64,000 bases of DNA, from the NCBI GenBank assembly GCA_037443365.1, contig JBBIOM010000006.1:22709-86708 (forward strand), written 5' to 3'. The position numbers were made by a program, and so were the translations under genes. Positions 54,413 to 63,851 of the stretch are shown in pieces. Below the pieces are notes generated by a model. That model saw only the letters and a list, made by a program, of their open reading frames with translations, was not told where the DNA came from and did no database searches. The stretch comes from Armatimonadota bacterium. Its GTDB lineage: Bacteria; Sysuimicrobiota; Sysuimicrobiia; Sysuimicrobiales; Humicultoraceae. Position 1 is the first letter of the stretch; every line of letters begins with the position of its first letter.

Positions 54413-55636
54413 ATGACGCTTGGACCGATGGCCACCGACGTCGAGCAGAGGGTGGATTTCGAGGCGCTCCGGAACTACCGGCTAGAGCGTGCGCGCCGGC
54501 AAATGGAGAAGTACGATCTCGGCGCGCTGCTCTGCTTTGATCAGGACAACATCCGATACATCACCGGGACGCACCTGGCCGAGTGGGCCCGGGGCAAGTA
54601 CTTCCGCTGGTGCCTGCTCCCGCGGGGGGGCGAGCCGATCCTCTTCGAGGTCGGGACAGCAACCGTGGTCAAGCGCGAGTTGTGCCCCTGGCTGCGGCCC
54701 GAGAACATCCGGCCCGCGGTTGGCTGGAACCGCGGCGCCAATGTCGGGCCCGTGAACCTGGCCCTCTCGCGGGCTGCGGTGGGCGAGATCAAGGCGATTC
54801 TGTCAGAGCACGGCGTCGCCGACATGCCCGTCGGCGTGGACGAGATGGAGATGTATCTGTGGGACGCCCTCCAGAACGCCGGGCTCCGCGTGCGCAACGG
54901 CTACGACGCGATGTTCGACGCTCGCATAATCAAGTCGCCCGAGGAGATCAAGATCATCGAGCTCTCGGCGTCGCTCGCTGACGGGGTCTACAGCGAGGTG
55001 TTCGACTTCATCCGGCCAGGCGTCCGTGAGTGCGAGGTTGTCGGGAAGATATGTGGATGGCTGATCGAGCACGGCGCCGACCGGATCAGCGGCGTCAACT
55101 GCGTCTCGGGGCCGCGCAGCAATCCCCATCCCCATGACTACTCGGATCGAATGATCAGGCCTGGCGAGCTTGTCTACATCGACATCATGAGCCACTATCT
55201 CGGCTACGCCACCTGCTACTACAGGACGTTCGCGGTGACCCGTGCCACCGAGCGGCAGAGGAGCGTCTACAAGCGGGCGCTCGAGTGGCTCCAGGCCTCC
55301 GTGGAGGCGGTGAGGCCCGGGATCACCACCGCCGATATAGCCGCGCGCTGGCCCTCGGCCAGGGAACTGGGCTACGCCAGCGAGGCCGATGCCTACGCCC
55401 TGGCGCTTGGGCACGGCATCGGCCTCAGCCACCACGAGAAGCCGTGGATCTCGCGCGCCTACTCGCTGGAGCACCCGGTCCCGGTCGAGGAGGGTATGCA
55501 CTTCGCGCTGGAGACGTTCTACGGAGAGGGCGGCGACGGGGCCAGGATCGAGGTCCAGGTTGTTGTGACCCGGGATGGCCACAAGATCATCACCACGTGG
55601 CCGTACGAGGAGTTGATGGTCTGCAACCCGCGCTAG
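54413..55636 (+). CDS. M24 (Xaa-Pro peptidase/creatinase) family hydrolase
   Basis: ARIIKSPEEI, GYATCYYRTF, GHGIG, ALET, GARIE. Confidence 0.85.
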   Translation: MTLGPMATDVEQRVDFEALRNYRLERARRQMEKYDLGALLCFDQDNIRYITGTHLAEWARGKYFRWCLLPRGGEPILFEVGTATVVKRELCPWLRPENIRPAVGWNRGANVGPVNLALSRAAVGEIKAILSEHGVADMPVGVDEMEMYLWDALQNAGLRVRNGYDAMFDARIIKSPEEIKIIELSASLADGVYSEVFDFIRPGVRECEVVGKICGWLIEHGADRISGVNCVSGPRSNPHPHDYSDRMIRPGELVYIDIMSHYLGYATCYYRTFAVTRATERQRSVYKRALEWLQASVEAVRPGITTADIAARWPSARELGYASEADAYALALGHGIGLSHHEKPWISRAYSLEHPVPVEEGMHFALETFYGEGGDGARIEVQVVVTRDGHKIITTWPYEELMVCNPR

Positions 55637-55681
55637 GCCAGCGGCCGGCCCGGGCCGCCGTGGAGGGAGATACAGCGCGTC

Positions 55682-56620
55682 ATGCTTGTGGTTATCGCTG
55701 ACCTCACGTTCGAAGACCGGGAGTCGATCCGGCTGGAAGGCTGTACGGTGCGCACCCTTGGGCCCCTGGTGACCCCCGATGAGATAGTGGAGGCTGCCGC
55801 CGGAGCCGACGTGCTCTGCATCCGCGATCGATTCGGGAAGATCACGCGGGAGATCCTGGAGCGCCTTCCGCGGCTGCGCTGCATCGTCACGCGATCGGTC
55901 GGGTTTGACCACATCGACACCGGCGCCGCGTCAAGCCGCGGCGTCCTCGTCTGCAACGTGCCCGACTACGGCGCCAACATGATAGCGGAGCTGGCGTTCG
56001 GGCTGCTCCTTGCCGTGGCGCGGAAGATCGTGCAGGCCGACGAGCGCTACCGCTGCGAACGACGGTTCCGCGGCGACGGGCTGATGGGCGCTGAGCTGTT
56101 CGGCAAGACCGTGGGCGTGATCGGCACCGGGCGCGTAGGCCGCTGCAGCATCCGAATCGCTCACGGGTTCGGGATGAGGGTGATGGCCCACGACACGGTG
56201 GAGGATCTGGAGGCAGCGCGCCAGATGGGGTTCACCTACGCCACGCTCCGTGAGGTGCTGGCGGCGAGCGATGCCCTGACGCTGCACGTGCCTCTTCTCC
56301 CCTCGACGCATCACCTTATCGATGCCGGGCGGCTGGCGGAGATGAAGAAGGGTGCATACTTGGTGAACACCTCGCGGGGCGCGATCGTGGACACGGCGGC
56401 GTTGATCGACTCCCTCCGGCGCGGGCACCTGGGCGGGGCAGGGCTGGACGTCCTTGAGGGAGAGCCGGATGCATACCACGACTTCGCCGGCCTGAACGTC
56501 GTGGTCACTCCCCACATAGGGTGGTACACCGGGGAAGCGGCCGGCCGGATCATGAGAAGTGCCCTGGAGACGATCGCGGCCTTTGCGGAGGGGCGGATCG
56601 TGAATCGTGTGCCGATATGA
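55682..56620 (+). CDS. D-isomer-specific 2-hydroxyacid dehydrogenase
   Basis: SVGFDHID, GTGRVG, NTSRG, LDVLEGEP, TPHIG. Confidence 0.9.
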   Translation: MLVVIADLTFEDRESIRLEGCTVRTLGPLVTPDEIVEAAAGADVLCIRDRFGKITREILERLPRLRCIVTRSVGFDHIDTGAASSRGVLVCNVPDYGANMIAELAFGLLLAVARKIVQADERYRCERRFRGDGLMGAELFGKTVGVIGTGRVGRCSIRIAHGFGMRVMAHDTVEDLEAARQMGFTYATLREVLAASDALTLHVPLLPSTHHLIDAGRLAEMKKGAYLVNTSRGAIVDTAALIDSLRRGHLGGAGLDVLEGEPDAYHDFAGLNVVVTPHIGWYTGEAAGRIMRSALETIAAFAEGRIVNRVPI

Positions 56621-57507
56621 GCGGTGCGCTTTGGGCCCTGGCGTCGGGAGCGGGGTTTGGGCTCTTCCAGTCGCTGAACCGGCGCGCGGTCAAGGAGGTA
56701 GACGCCCTCCCCTCGACCTTCTCCCTGCTGGTGGGAAGCGCGCTGGTGCTCTCTGTGATAGCGCTGGCCACCGATGAGCCGTCGCGCATCTGGCGGGCGC
56801 CGCCTTCTGCGCTGTTCAGCTTCTTCCTGGCCAGCTTCTTCCACTTCCTGCTGGGGTGGACGCTGCTCAACACCAGCCAGAAGCGGATCGGCGCCGCGCG
56901 TACAAGCCCGCTATTGAGCACCACGCCGGTGTTTGCGACGGTGCTGGCCGCCCTGCTCCTGGCGGAGGTGCCGTCCGTGCCGGTGCTCCTGAGCGTGGCC
57001 GTGGTGGTGAGCGGTGTCTACGTGATCTCCGCACCAGCCCGTGATCCACGCCCCGTCCAGGGCGTTGCGACGGGGTGGCGGGCATCTATGTACGGGATCG
57101 GAGCCGCCACCTGCTGGGCGGTCAGCCCGCTCTTCATCAGGCACGGACTGGTCGGGCTCGACTCACCGCTGCTGGGAGTGACGACCGGACTCTGGGGGTG
57201 CGCGGCGCTCGCCGCCCTGATCCTCCTAGTCAGGCCCAAGAGGCTGGCCCAGCCGCCTGCTGGTGAAGAGATGGCGTTCAGGGTGGCTGCGGCTGTGCTG
57301 GTCGGGCTTGCGACCTGGGCCAGGTGGATGGCGGTCGACCTGATCCCGATCTCGGTGGCTCTGGCTTTGACACAGGTCTCGGTGCCGATCGTGCTGCTGG
57401 TTTCCCCGCTTGTGTCGGGTCGCCACCTGGAGCTGGTGTCTGCCCGCTTGTGGCTGGGGGCGGCCCTCGTAGTCGGGGGGTCTTCTGTGCTCTTGATGTA
57501 CAGGTGA
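56617..57507 (+). CDS. DMT/EamA family transporter
   Basis: About 10 TMs in two repeats, 'IGAARTSPLLSTTPVFA..LA.LLLAE'. Confidence 0.85.
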   Translation: MSGALWALASGAGFGLFQSLNRRAVKEVDALPSTFSLLVGSALVLSVIALATDEPSRIWRAPPSALFSFFLASFFHFLLGWTLLNTSQKRIGAARTSPLLSTTPVFATVLAALLLAEVPSVPVLLSVAVVVSGVYVISAPARDPRPVQGVATGWRASMYGIGAATCWAVSPLFIRHGLVGLDSPLLGVTTGLWGCAALAALILLVRPKRLAQPPAGEEMAFRVAAAVLVGLATWARWMAVDLIPISVALALTQVSVPIVLLVSPLVSGRHLELVSARLWLGAALVVGGSSVLLMYR

Positions 57508-57554
57508 GTGGGGAGAGGATCCGGCCGCGCCCGGCCGGTGCGCGAGGTGTGGGG

Positions 57555-58601
57555 ATGGTCTTCGATGCGCATGCGCACATCATCGTCCCGGAGATGTGCC
57601 GGACGAATGTTGAGAGGGAGGAGTGGCGGCCGGGTGTCCGCTGGGAGGGCGGACGCCAGATTGTTGAGCACCGGGGCCGAGTGATAGCCGCTGCCATCCG
57701 GGAGTTCGTCAACATTGACCTGATCCTGAAGGAGATGGACGCAGATGGCATCGACAGGGTGCTGCTCTGCCCGTGGGTCACGCTCCTTGGCTACGACCTC
57801 GAGTTCGACGAGGCCACCCGCGTCTGTCGGATCCAGAACGAGGCCCTGGCGGCGCTGGTCAGGGCTCATCCCGAGAGGATCAGCGCCCTGGGAACCGTTC
57901 CGCTGCAAGCCCCCGAGAAAGCCGCGCGCAATCTGGAAGAGCTGATGGCGTCAGGCCACCTGGGGGGCGTTGAGGTCGCTGCCAGCGTGCGCGGCGCCTG
58001 CCTTGGAGAGGACAGGTTCCTTCCGTTCTGGGCGGCGGCGGAGGCCACCGGCGCGGTCGTCTTCATTCACCCGACGACGCGGGGATTCGACCTTTCAGGG
58101 TTGTCCGGGTACTACATGTGGAACACGGTGGGCAACCCTCTGGAGACCACCATCACGGCCGCGCAGATGGTCATGGCAGGAGTCATGGAGGCGCATCCCG
58201 GGCTGAAGGTCGTCCTGGCCCACGGGGGCGGGGCAGTCATGTGCGTGAGGGGAAGGCTCCGATGGGCGCACACATTCCAGCCGGACGCAAGAGCCCGCCT
58301 GCAAGAGCCGCCGGATGACTCGCTTCGCCGCTTCTACTACGACACCGTCACCCATGACCAGGAGCTGCTGAGGGCACTGGTGGACTACGCCGGGGCCGAC
58401 CACGTGCTTCTGGGCTCCGACTACCCCTTTGACATGGGGGTGCAAAGGCCGGCCGATGGCGTGCGCGCGCTGGGCCTGGCACCGGAGCAGGAGGCAGGCA
58501 TACTGGGCGGTAACGTGGCGCGCCTGCTCGATCGAGGGCCATCCGGGTTCGGCCGATCCGGAGGATCAGATCATGAGGCCGGGAATGACGCTGATGCTTG
58601 A
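57555..58601 (+). CDS. Amidohydrolase_2 family protein (ACMSD/LigW-like)
   Basis: DAHAH, FIHP, AHGGG, YYDT, LGSDYPF, GGNVARLL. Confidence 0.88.
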   Translation: MVFDAHAHIIVPEMCRTNVEREEWRPGVRWEGGRQIVEHRGRVIAAAIREFVNIDLILKEMDADGIDRVLLCPWVTLLGYDLEFDEATRVCRIQNEALAALVRAHPERISALGTVPLQAPEKAARNLEELMASGHLGGVEVAASVRGACLGEDRFLPFWAAAEATGAVVFIHPTTRGFDLSGLSGYYMWNTVGNPLETTITAAQMVMAGVMEAHPGLKVVLAHGGGAVMCVRGRLRWAHTFQPDARARLQEPPDDSLRRFYYDTVTHDQELLRALVDYAGADHVLLGSDYPFDMGVQRPADGVRALGLAPEQEAGILGGNVARLLDRGPSGFGRSGGSDHEAGNDADA

Positions 58602-58731
58602 GCCAAACCCCATAACCCCGGACGGCATGCTCGGGCTGTTCTTCGGGCATACCTTCATCGTGACAGAGACCGGAAGCGAGAGGCTTGCCCCGCAGGTGGC
58701 CCTGGATCTACTGGTGGCCTCCGATGCCTGA
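58531..58731 (+). pseudogene. C-terminal remnant of an M24-family hydrolase
   Basis: 'IMRPGMTLMLEPNPITPDGMLGLFFGHTFIVTETGSERL' aligns with the C-terminus of the 59778-60983 protein (MTIVIQPNPITPDERMGL); stop overlaps the next start. Confidence 0.7.
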
Positions 58732-59788
58732 CGACAGAGTGGCAGCGGCCGTCGCACACTGGGCTCCGCGCTTCGTCGCTCAAGGCGTGGACTACAACGA
58801 CTTCATCCGAACGACGTCGCGGATCTCGAGTTGGGCGGAATGGCTCGACGCATGGTGTGCCACCGCCGACCTGCACGATGCGTTGGCCAAGGAGGCGGAA
58901 GCCCTCGGCAGGACCAGGAGCGCGGGGGAGGCATACGTCCGCGCGGCCCTGTGCTACCACTTCGCGAAGTTCGTCTGGCTGTTGGATCTCGAGAAGCACC
59001 GGTGGGCCTCTGATAGAGCCATCGCCAGCCTCTACGCCGCCCATCGGCACCTGGACCCGACCGCCGAGCGCGTCGTGATGCCTTTCGAAGGTGGCACGAT
59101 GGTGGGCAATCTGAGGCGTCCCCCTGGCGGCGGGCGGCCCCCTCTGGTGCTCCTGATCCCGGGGCTGGACTCCACCAAGGAAGAGTTCTTCTACTGGGAG
59201 GCCGTCTTTCTCGCGCGGGGGATGGCCACGTTCTCTCTCGATGGGCCCGGCCAGGGAGAGACCGGCTACACGATGAGCATCAGGCACGACTATGAGATCG
59301 CCGTTGCGGCTGCCCTCGACAGGCTGTCGGAGCGGGACGACATCGATCTCGATCGCGCGGGTGCAGCAGGAGTGAGTCTGGGGGGATACTACGCGCCCCG
59401 CGCGGCAGCGTTCGAGCCTCGGCTGAAGGCGGTGGCAGCGATTGCCGGGCCGTATTGCTTCGGGGAGACCTGGGACGACATCCCCTCGCTGAGTAGAGAG
59501 GCCTTCGCCCACCACTGCGGGGCTCGCACGGATGAGGAGGCGCGGGCCCGGGCCCTGCAGCTGGACCTGTCCGGCGTGCTGCCCAGGATTTCGCAGCCGC
59601 TGCTTGTGGTGTTCGGAAGGCTCGACCGCTTGATACCGTGGCAGCACGCGGAGAGGGTCGCTTCCGAGGCCCCAAACGCGCAGCTTGTGATGTTCCCCGA
59701 GGGCAACCACGTCTGCAACAACATACCCTACAAGTACCGGCCGCTTGTGGCCGACTGGATGAAGGAGCGGCTCAGGGATGTGGGATAG
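58724..59788 (+). CDS. Alpha/beta hydrolase, 2,6-dihydroxypseudooxynicotine hydrolase-like
   Basis: PGLDSTKEE, DGPGQGE, GVSLGGYYA nucleophile elbow, GNHVCNN. Confidence 0.85.
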   Translation: MPDDRVAAAVAHWAPRFVAQGVDYNDFIRTTSRISSWAEWLDAWCATADLHDALAKEAEALGRTRSAGEAYVRAALCYHFAKFVWLLDLEKHRWASDRAIASLYAAHRHLDPTAERVVMPFEGGTMVGNLRRPPGGGRPPLVLLIPGLDSTKEEFFYWEAVFLARGMATFSLDGPGQGETGYTMSIRHDYEIAVAAALDRLSERDDIDLDRAGAAGVSLGGYYAPRAAAFEPRLKAVAAIAGPYCFGETWDDIPSLSREAFAHHCGARTDEEARARALQLDLSGVLPRISQPLLVVFGRLDRLIPWQHAERVASEAPNAQLVMFPEGNHVCNNIPYKYRPLVADWMKERLRDVG

Positions 59789-60983
59789 GTTTTCGGGAGA
59801 GGAGATGGCACGGCGGTGGGACCTTGCGCGCCGCCTGATGGACCAGCAGGGGCTTGCCGCCCTGCTCCTGTTTGGGAACTCGGGGGTCAACCGTCACAAC
59901 CAGGCCAACGTCTTCTGGCTCACAAACCACCTGGACCTCCATCACAACTACCTCCTGGCTCCTCGTGAAGAGGCAGCCGAACCTGCCCTCTACGTGGGGC
60001 TGGTCAACCACGTGCCCAACGCCCGGCAGGTGTGCGACCTCCCGGTCATCGAGTGGGGCGGCTACGATCCGGCGCAGGCCGTGGCTGACCGGCTGAGGCG
60101 AACGGGCCTGGCCCGGGGCCGTATCGGGCTGGTGGGAGTCAATCGGAAGTTCGGGATGGGGATGCCGTACGGGCACTACCTGTCGCTGCGATCGGCGCTG
60201 CCCGATCTGGAGATGGTGGACGTCACCGCGGAGTTCGCGCGGCTGCGCGAGGTCAAGTCAGACGAGGAGATAGAGTGGCTGCGTCGCGCGGCCGACTTCA
60301 CCGACAGGTCCGTGGTGGCGCTCCAGGAGCAGGTCCGCCCGGGATTGCCCGAGTACGCGCTGTTGCATATCATCGAGGGCGCCTATCGAGGCCTGGGTGG
60401 AATGCCCCACATAGCGTTCCTGAGGTCCATGCCGATGGACGATCCCAACGGGTGCCTGCCTGCTCAGAACCCGTCGAGCCGCCCGATCCGGCAGGGCGAC
60501 GTGATAATAACCGAGATAAGCGCCTCCTACTGGGGGTACTCGGGACAGATCCACCGACCGATCTTCGTGGGCGCCGATCCCACGCCCGAATGGAGCAGGA
60601 TGTTCGACGTGGCGCGCCAGGCCTACGACCGGATGGCGGAGGTGATGAGGCCCGGGGCGACGGAGCGTGACATCATACGTGCCGCCTCGCTGATCGGGGA
60701 GGCGGGGTACGCCATCTACGACGACCTGATCCACGGGTACGGCGTGGACATAGCCCCGCCGCTCATCGACCGCTCGTGCTGCACTTACTGGCCCTGGAAC
60801 CCACAGCGGGTACCGCCCGAGGGGCGGCGTCTGGAGCGCAACATGACGATCGTGATACAGCCCAACCCGATTACGCCTGACGAGCGCATGGGATTGCAGC
60901 TCGGGGCCCTCACGGTGGTGGGCTACTCGGGGGCAGTCTCGCTGCACAGGATCCCGTTCGAGCCCGTGATCGCGCGGGCGTAG
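59778..60983 (+). CDS. M24 (creatinase-like) family hydrolase with atypical metal-ligand positions
   Basis: LREVKSDEEIEWLR, TEISASYWGYSGQIHRP, IHGYG, IQPNPIT. Confidence 0.82.
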   Translation: MWDRFSGEEMARRWDLARRLMDQQGLAALLLFGNSGVNRHNQANVFWLTNHLDLHHNYLLAPREEAAEPALYVGLVNHVPNARQVCDLPVIEWGGYDPAQAVADRLRRTGLARGRIGLVGVNRKFGMGMPYGHYLSLRSALPDLEMVDVTAEFARLREVKSDEEIEWLRRAADFTDRSVVALQEQVRPGLPEYALLHIIEGAYRGLGGMPHIAFLRSMPMDDPNGCLPAQNPSSRPIRQGDVIITEISASYWGYSGQIHRPIFVGADPTPEWSRMFDVARQAYDRMAEVMRPGATERDIIRAASLIGEAGYAIYDDLIHGYGVDIAPPLIDRSCCTYWPWNPQRVPPEGRRLERNMTIVIQPNPITPDERMGLQLGALTVVGYSGAVSLHRIPFEPVIARA

Positions 60984-61032
60984 AGGCCGACCACGCACGA
61001 GGAGGACGCCGCAGGGCACACGGAGGTGGCGC

Positions 61033-61515
61033 ATGGCGAAGCCAGCGGAAGGGCACAACGAGGGGACCGTTCCACATCACAAGCTGCACGAGACGGCGCA
61101 CGTGGTGGGTGCTGGCACTACTGGCTCCAAGGTGTTCAACATAGACGAGATCCCGGACATGTCCTCACACCACGACGGGCGAAGGAAACGGGTGCTGCTC
61201 AACACGCTGAACACCGGCTCGGCGATGCTGGTGGACATCCTGGCCTACGCGCCGGGAGGGACCTCGCCGCTGCACCGCCACAGGGGGACTGAACACTTCT
61301 TCTACGTCCTGGAAGGGCGGGGAAGCATCGTGATCAGCGATGTTCCCCATCCCCTTCGGGCAGGCTCGGTTGTCTGGATAGCCGAGGGCGAGGTGCACAA
61401 GGTCTTCGCCGACAAGGACAGCCCGCTCGTCTTCCTCGAGTACTTCTCAGCGGGCCAGCACGAGACGGATTTCATCGAGACCGCCTGCGCCTGGCAGCCG
61501 GGCTCGAAGGGCTAG
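61033..61515 (+). CDS. Cupin domain protein
   Basis: PLHRH..TEHFFYVLEGRG...GEVH. Confidence 0.88.
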   Translation: MAKPAEGHNEGTVPHHKLHETAHVVGAGTTGSKVFNIDEIPDMSSHHDGRRKRVLLNTLNTGSAMLVDILAYAPGGTSPLHRHRGTEHFFYVLEGRGSIVISDVPHPLRAGSVVWIAEGEVHKVFADKDSPLVFLEYFSAGQHETDFIETACAWQPGSKG

Positions 61516-61529
61516 TGCACCCTCGGGCG

Positions 61530-63851
61530 ATGGGGCTTCCCCAGGACAAGTGGATTGGCAGGTCGCTGCGCAGGCGCGAGGACGCGCGCCTGCTTCGGGG
61601 CGAGGGCCGCTTCGTGGGAGATGTCCGCCTTCCTGGGATGCTGCACATGGTGGTCGCGAGGAGCCCGTTCGCCCATGCCCGCCTGGTATCCATCGAGACG
61701 CGAGCGGCCGCGCAGGCCCGGGGTGTGGTGGCCGTGATCACGGCGGCCGATCTGGACGGGCTGGCGGGTCCCATGCCGATAGGGCCCGTGGAGGGGGCCT
61801 GGCTGGCGCCTGCGCCGATCCCTCTGCTGGCCTCCGACCGGGTGCGGTTCGTCGGCGAGCCGGTCGCTGCGGTCGTCGCCGATTCCCACGCGGCTGCCAC
61901 TGACGCACTGGACCTCCTGGGGGTCGAGTACGAGCCGTTGCGCGCCCTGGTGGAGCCCCAAGAGGCCCTGCGCGGCGACGCGCTGCTCCACGACACGGTG
62001 GAGGGGAACCTGCTACTCCGGTGGTCTCGGGAGAGCGGTGACGTGGCCGGGGCATTCGCCTCCGCCGCCCATGTCGTTCGGGGCGAGTTCCGCATCCCGC
62101 GGCTCATCGCCGCGCCGATCGAGCCGCGCGGAGCCGTGGCGTCATATGATGCCGGAAGCGACTACCTTTCGGTGTGGTGTTCTGCCCAGGACCCGCACCG
62201 GCCGCTGGCTCACCTCGGCAGGGTTCTGGGGAGACCGGACGACCGCACCAGGATCGTGGTGCCCGACGTGGGCGGCGCGTTTGGCAGCAAGGGTGCGCTG
62301 GCGCCGGAGGCAGCGGTGGCGGCGGCGGCCGCGATGCGGCTGGGGCATCCGGTGCGGTGGATCGAGGACCGACGCGAGAACCTGATGGCGTCCTATCAGG
62401 GCCGGGGCCTCCATATCGAAATGGAGATGGCGCTCGACCCAGACGGCCGCATGCTGGCCATCCGCGCCGATGTGGTGGCCGACCTGGGAGCATACCTGTA
62501 CCCGACCACCGCGGTGATGCCTGTCACGACCTCGATGCTGCTCACCGGTGTCTACCGGATTCCCGCGGCTTCGGTACGCCTGCGCGGCGTGGCAACGAAC
62601 AAGGTGCCCACGGGTCCCTACCGGGGCGCGGGCAGGCCCGAGGCCGCCTATGCGATCGAGCGGATGGTAGATCTGGCCGCGCGCGATCTTGGGATCGATC
62701 CGATCGAGATGAGGCGGCGGAACCTGATCGCACCGGATCGCTTTCCCCACAAGACCCCACTCGGGTTCGTCTACGACTCAGGCGACTACGCGCCGGCGCT
62801 CGAGCGGGCCTGCGACCTGATCGGCTACGACGCGTGGCAAGAGAGGAGCCGCAAGGCGGCAGAGGACGGCCGGTTCGTCGGGGTCGGGGTGGCGCTCTAT
62901 GTCGAGCGTGCTGGCACCCAGCTCTGGGAGAGCGCGTCGGTGACCGTCAATCCTGACTGTCGGGTGGTAGTGCGCACGGGCTCGTGCGCCCACGGCCAGG
63001 GGCACCAGACCTCGTTCGCCCAGGTAGCAGCGGACGCGCTGGGCGTCGATCCCGACGACGTCGTCGTTCTGCAGGGCGACTCCGCGATCGTGCCGCGTGG
63101 AGTCGGGACCTACGGAAGCCGCTCCATGGCAGCGGGCGGCTCGGCGGTGCTCGCCGCGGCAGAGGCAGTCCGCGCCAAGGCGCGTAGAGTCGCCGCGCGC
63201 CTGCTCGAGGCCGCGGAGTCCGATATCGAGTGGGCAGGTCCCAGTCTCTACGTGAGAGGGGCCCCGGAGCGCGCAGTTCTCTTCCGCGATGTCGCCGCGA
63301 CCGCCTACCAGCCGGGAGGGATGCCCGCCGGCTCGGAGATGGGGCTGGAGGCGACGGTCTTCTACCGGATGCCCAACATGGTCTTCCCGTTTGGGGCCTA
63401 CGCCGCGGCCGTTGAGGTGCTGCCCCGGACCGGGGAGGTGAAGATCCTGCAGATAGCGGCGGTCGACGACGCGGGGCGCATCGTGAACCCGCTGCTCGCC
63501 GAGGGTCAGGTCATTGGATCGATCGTGCAGGGTGTCGGGCAGGCGCTCGCCGAGGAGGCGGTCTACGACGAGGAGGCACAGCTCCTGACCTCCACGCTGG
63601 CAGATTATGCCCTGCTTCGGGCTTCCCACGTCCCGCCGATTGTAAGCGAGTTCCGCGAGACACCCTCGCCGAACACGCTGCACGGGGCCAAGGGGATAGG
63701 CGAGGCGGGCACAATCGGGGCCCCGGCCGCGATCGCCAATGCCGTGATGCACGCGCTGAGATCGCTGGGGATCAGGCACGTGGACTTCCCGTTCAAGTCG
63801 GAGAAGATGTGGAGGTTGATCTCCGAAGGTCGCACCTCCGCTCGCGGCTGA
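61530..63851 (+). CDS. Xanthine dehydrogenase family molybdopterin-binding large subunit (CoxL form II-like)
   Basis: RREDARLL.GEG, VGGAFGSK, PYRGAGRPE, HGQGHQT, GAKGIGEAG; alternative GTG start at 61515. Confidence 0.9.
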   Translation: MGLPQDKWIGRSLRRREDARLLRGEGRFVGDVRLPGMLHMVVARSPFAHARLVSIETRAAAQARGVVAVITAADLDGLAGPMPIGPVEGAWLAPAPIPLLASDRVRFVGEPVAAVVADSHAAATDALDLLGVEYEPLRALVEPQEALRGDALLHDTVEGNLLLRWSRESGDVAGAFASAAHVVRGEFRIPRLIAAPIEPRGAVASYDAGSDYLSVWCSAQDPHRPLAHLGRVLGRPDDRTRIVVPDVGGAFGSKGALAPEAAVAAAAAMRLGHPVRWIEDRRENLMASYQGRGLHIEMEMALDPDGRMLAIRADVVADLGAYLYPTTAVMPVTTSMLLTGVYRIPAASVRLRGVATNKVPTGPYRGAGRPEAAYAIERMVDLAARDLGIDPIEMRRRNLIAPDRFPHKTPLGFVYDSGDYAPALERACDLIGYDAWQERSRKAAEDGRFVGVGVALYVERAGTQLWESASVTVNPDCRVVVRTGSCAHGQGHQTSFAQVAADALGVDPDDVVVLQGDSAIVPRGVGTYGSRSMAAGGSAVLAAAEAVRAKARRVAARLLEAAESDIEWAGPSLYVRGAPERAVLFRDVAATAYQPGGMPAGSEMGLEATVFYRMPNMVFPFGAYAAAVEVLPRTGEVKILQIAAVDDAGRIVNPLLAEGQVIGSIVQGVGQALAEEAVYDEEAQLLTSTLADYALLRASHVPPIVSEFRETPSPNTLHGAKGIGEAGTIGAPAAIANAVMHALRSLGIRHVDFPFKSEKMWRLISEGRTSARG

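Noticed and set aside
61530-63851. Aerobic CO dehydrogenase
   Set aside because: Lacks the AYRCSFR motif and cox accessory genes.
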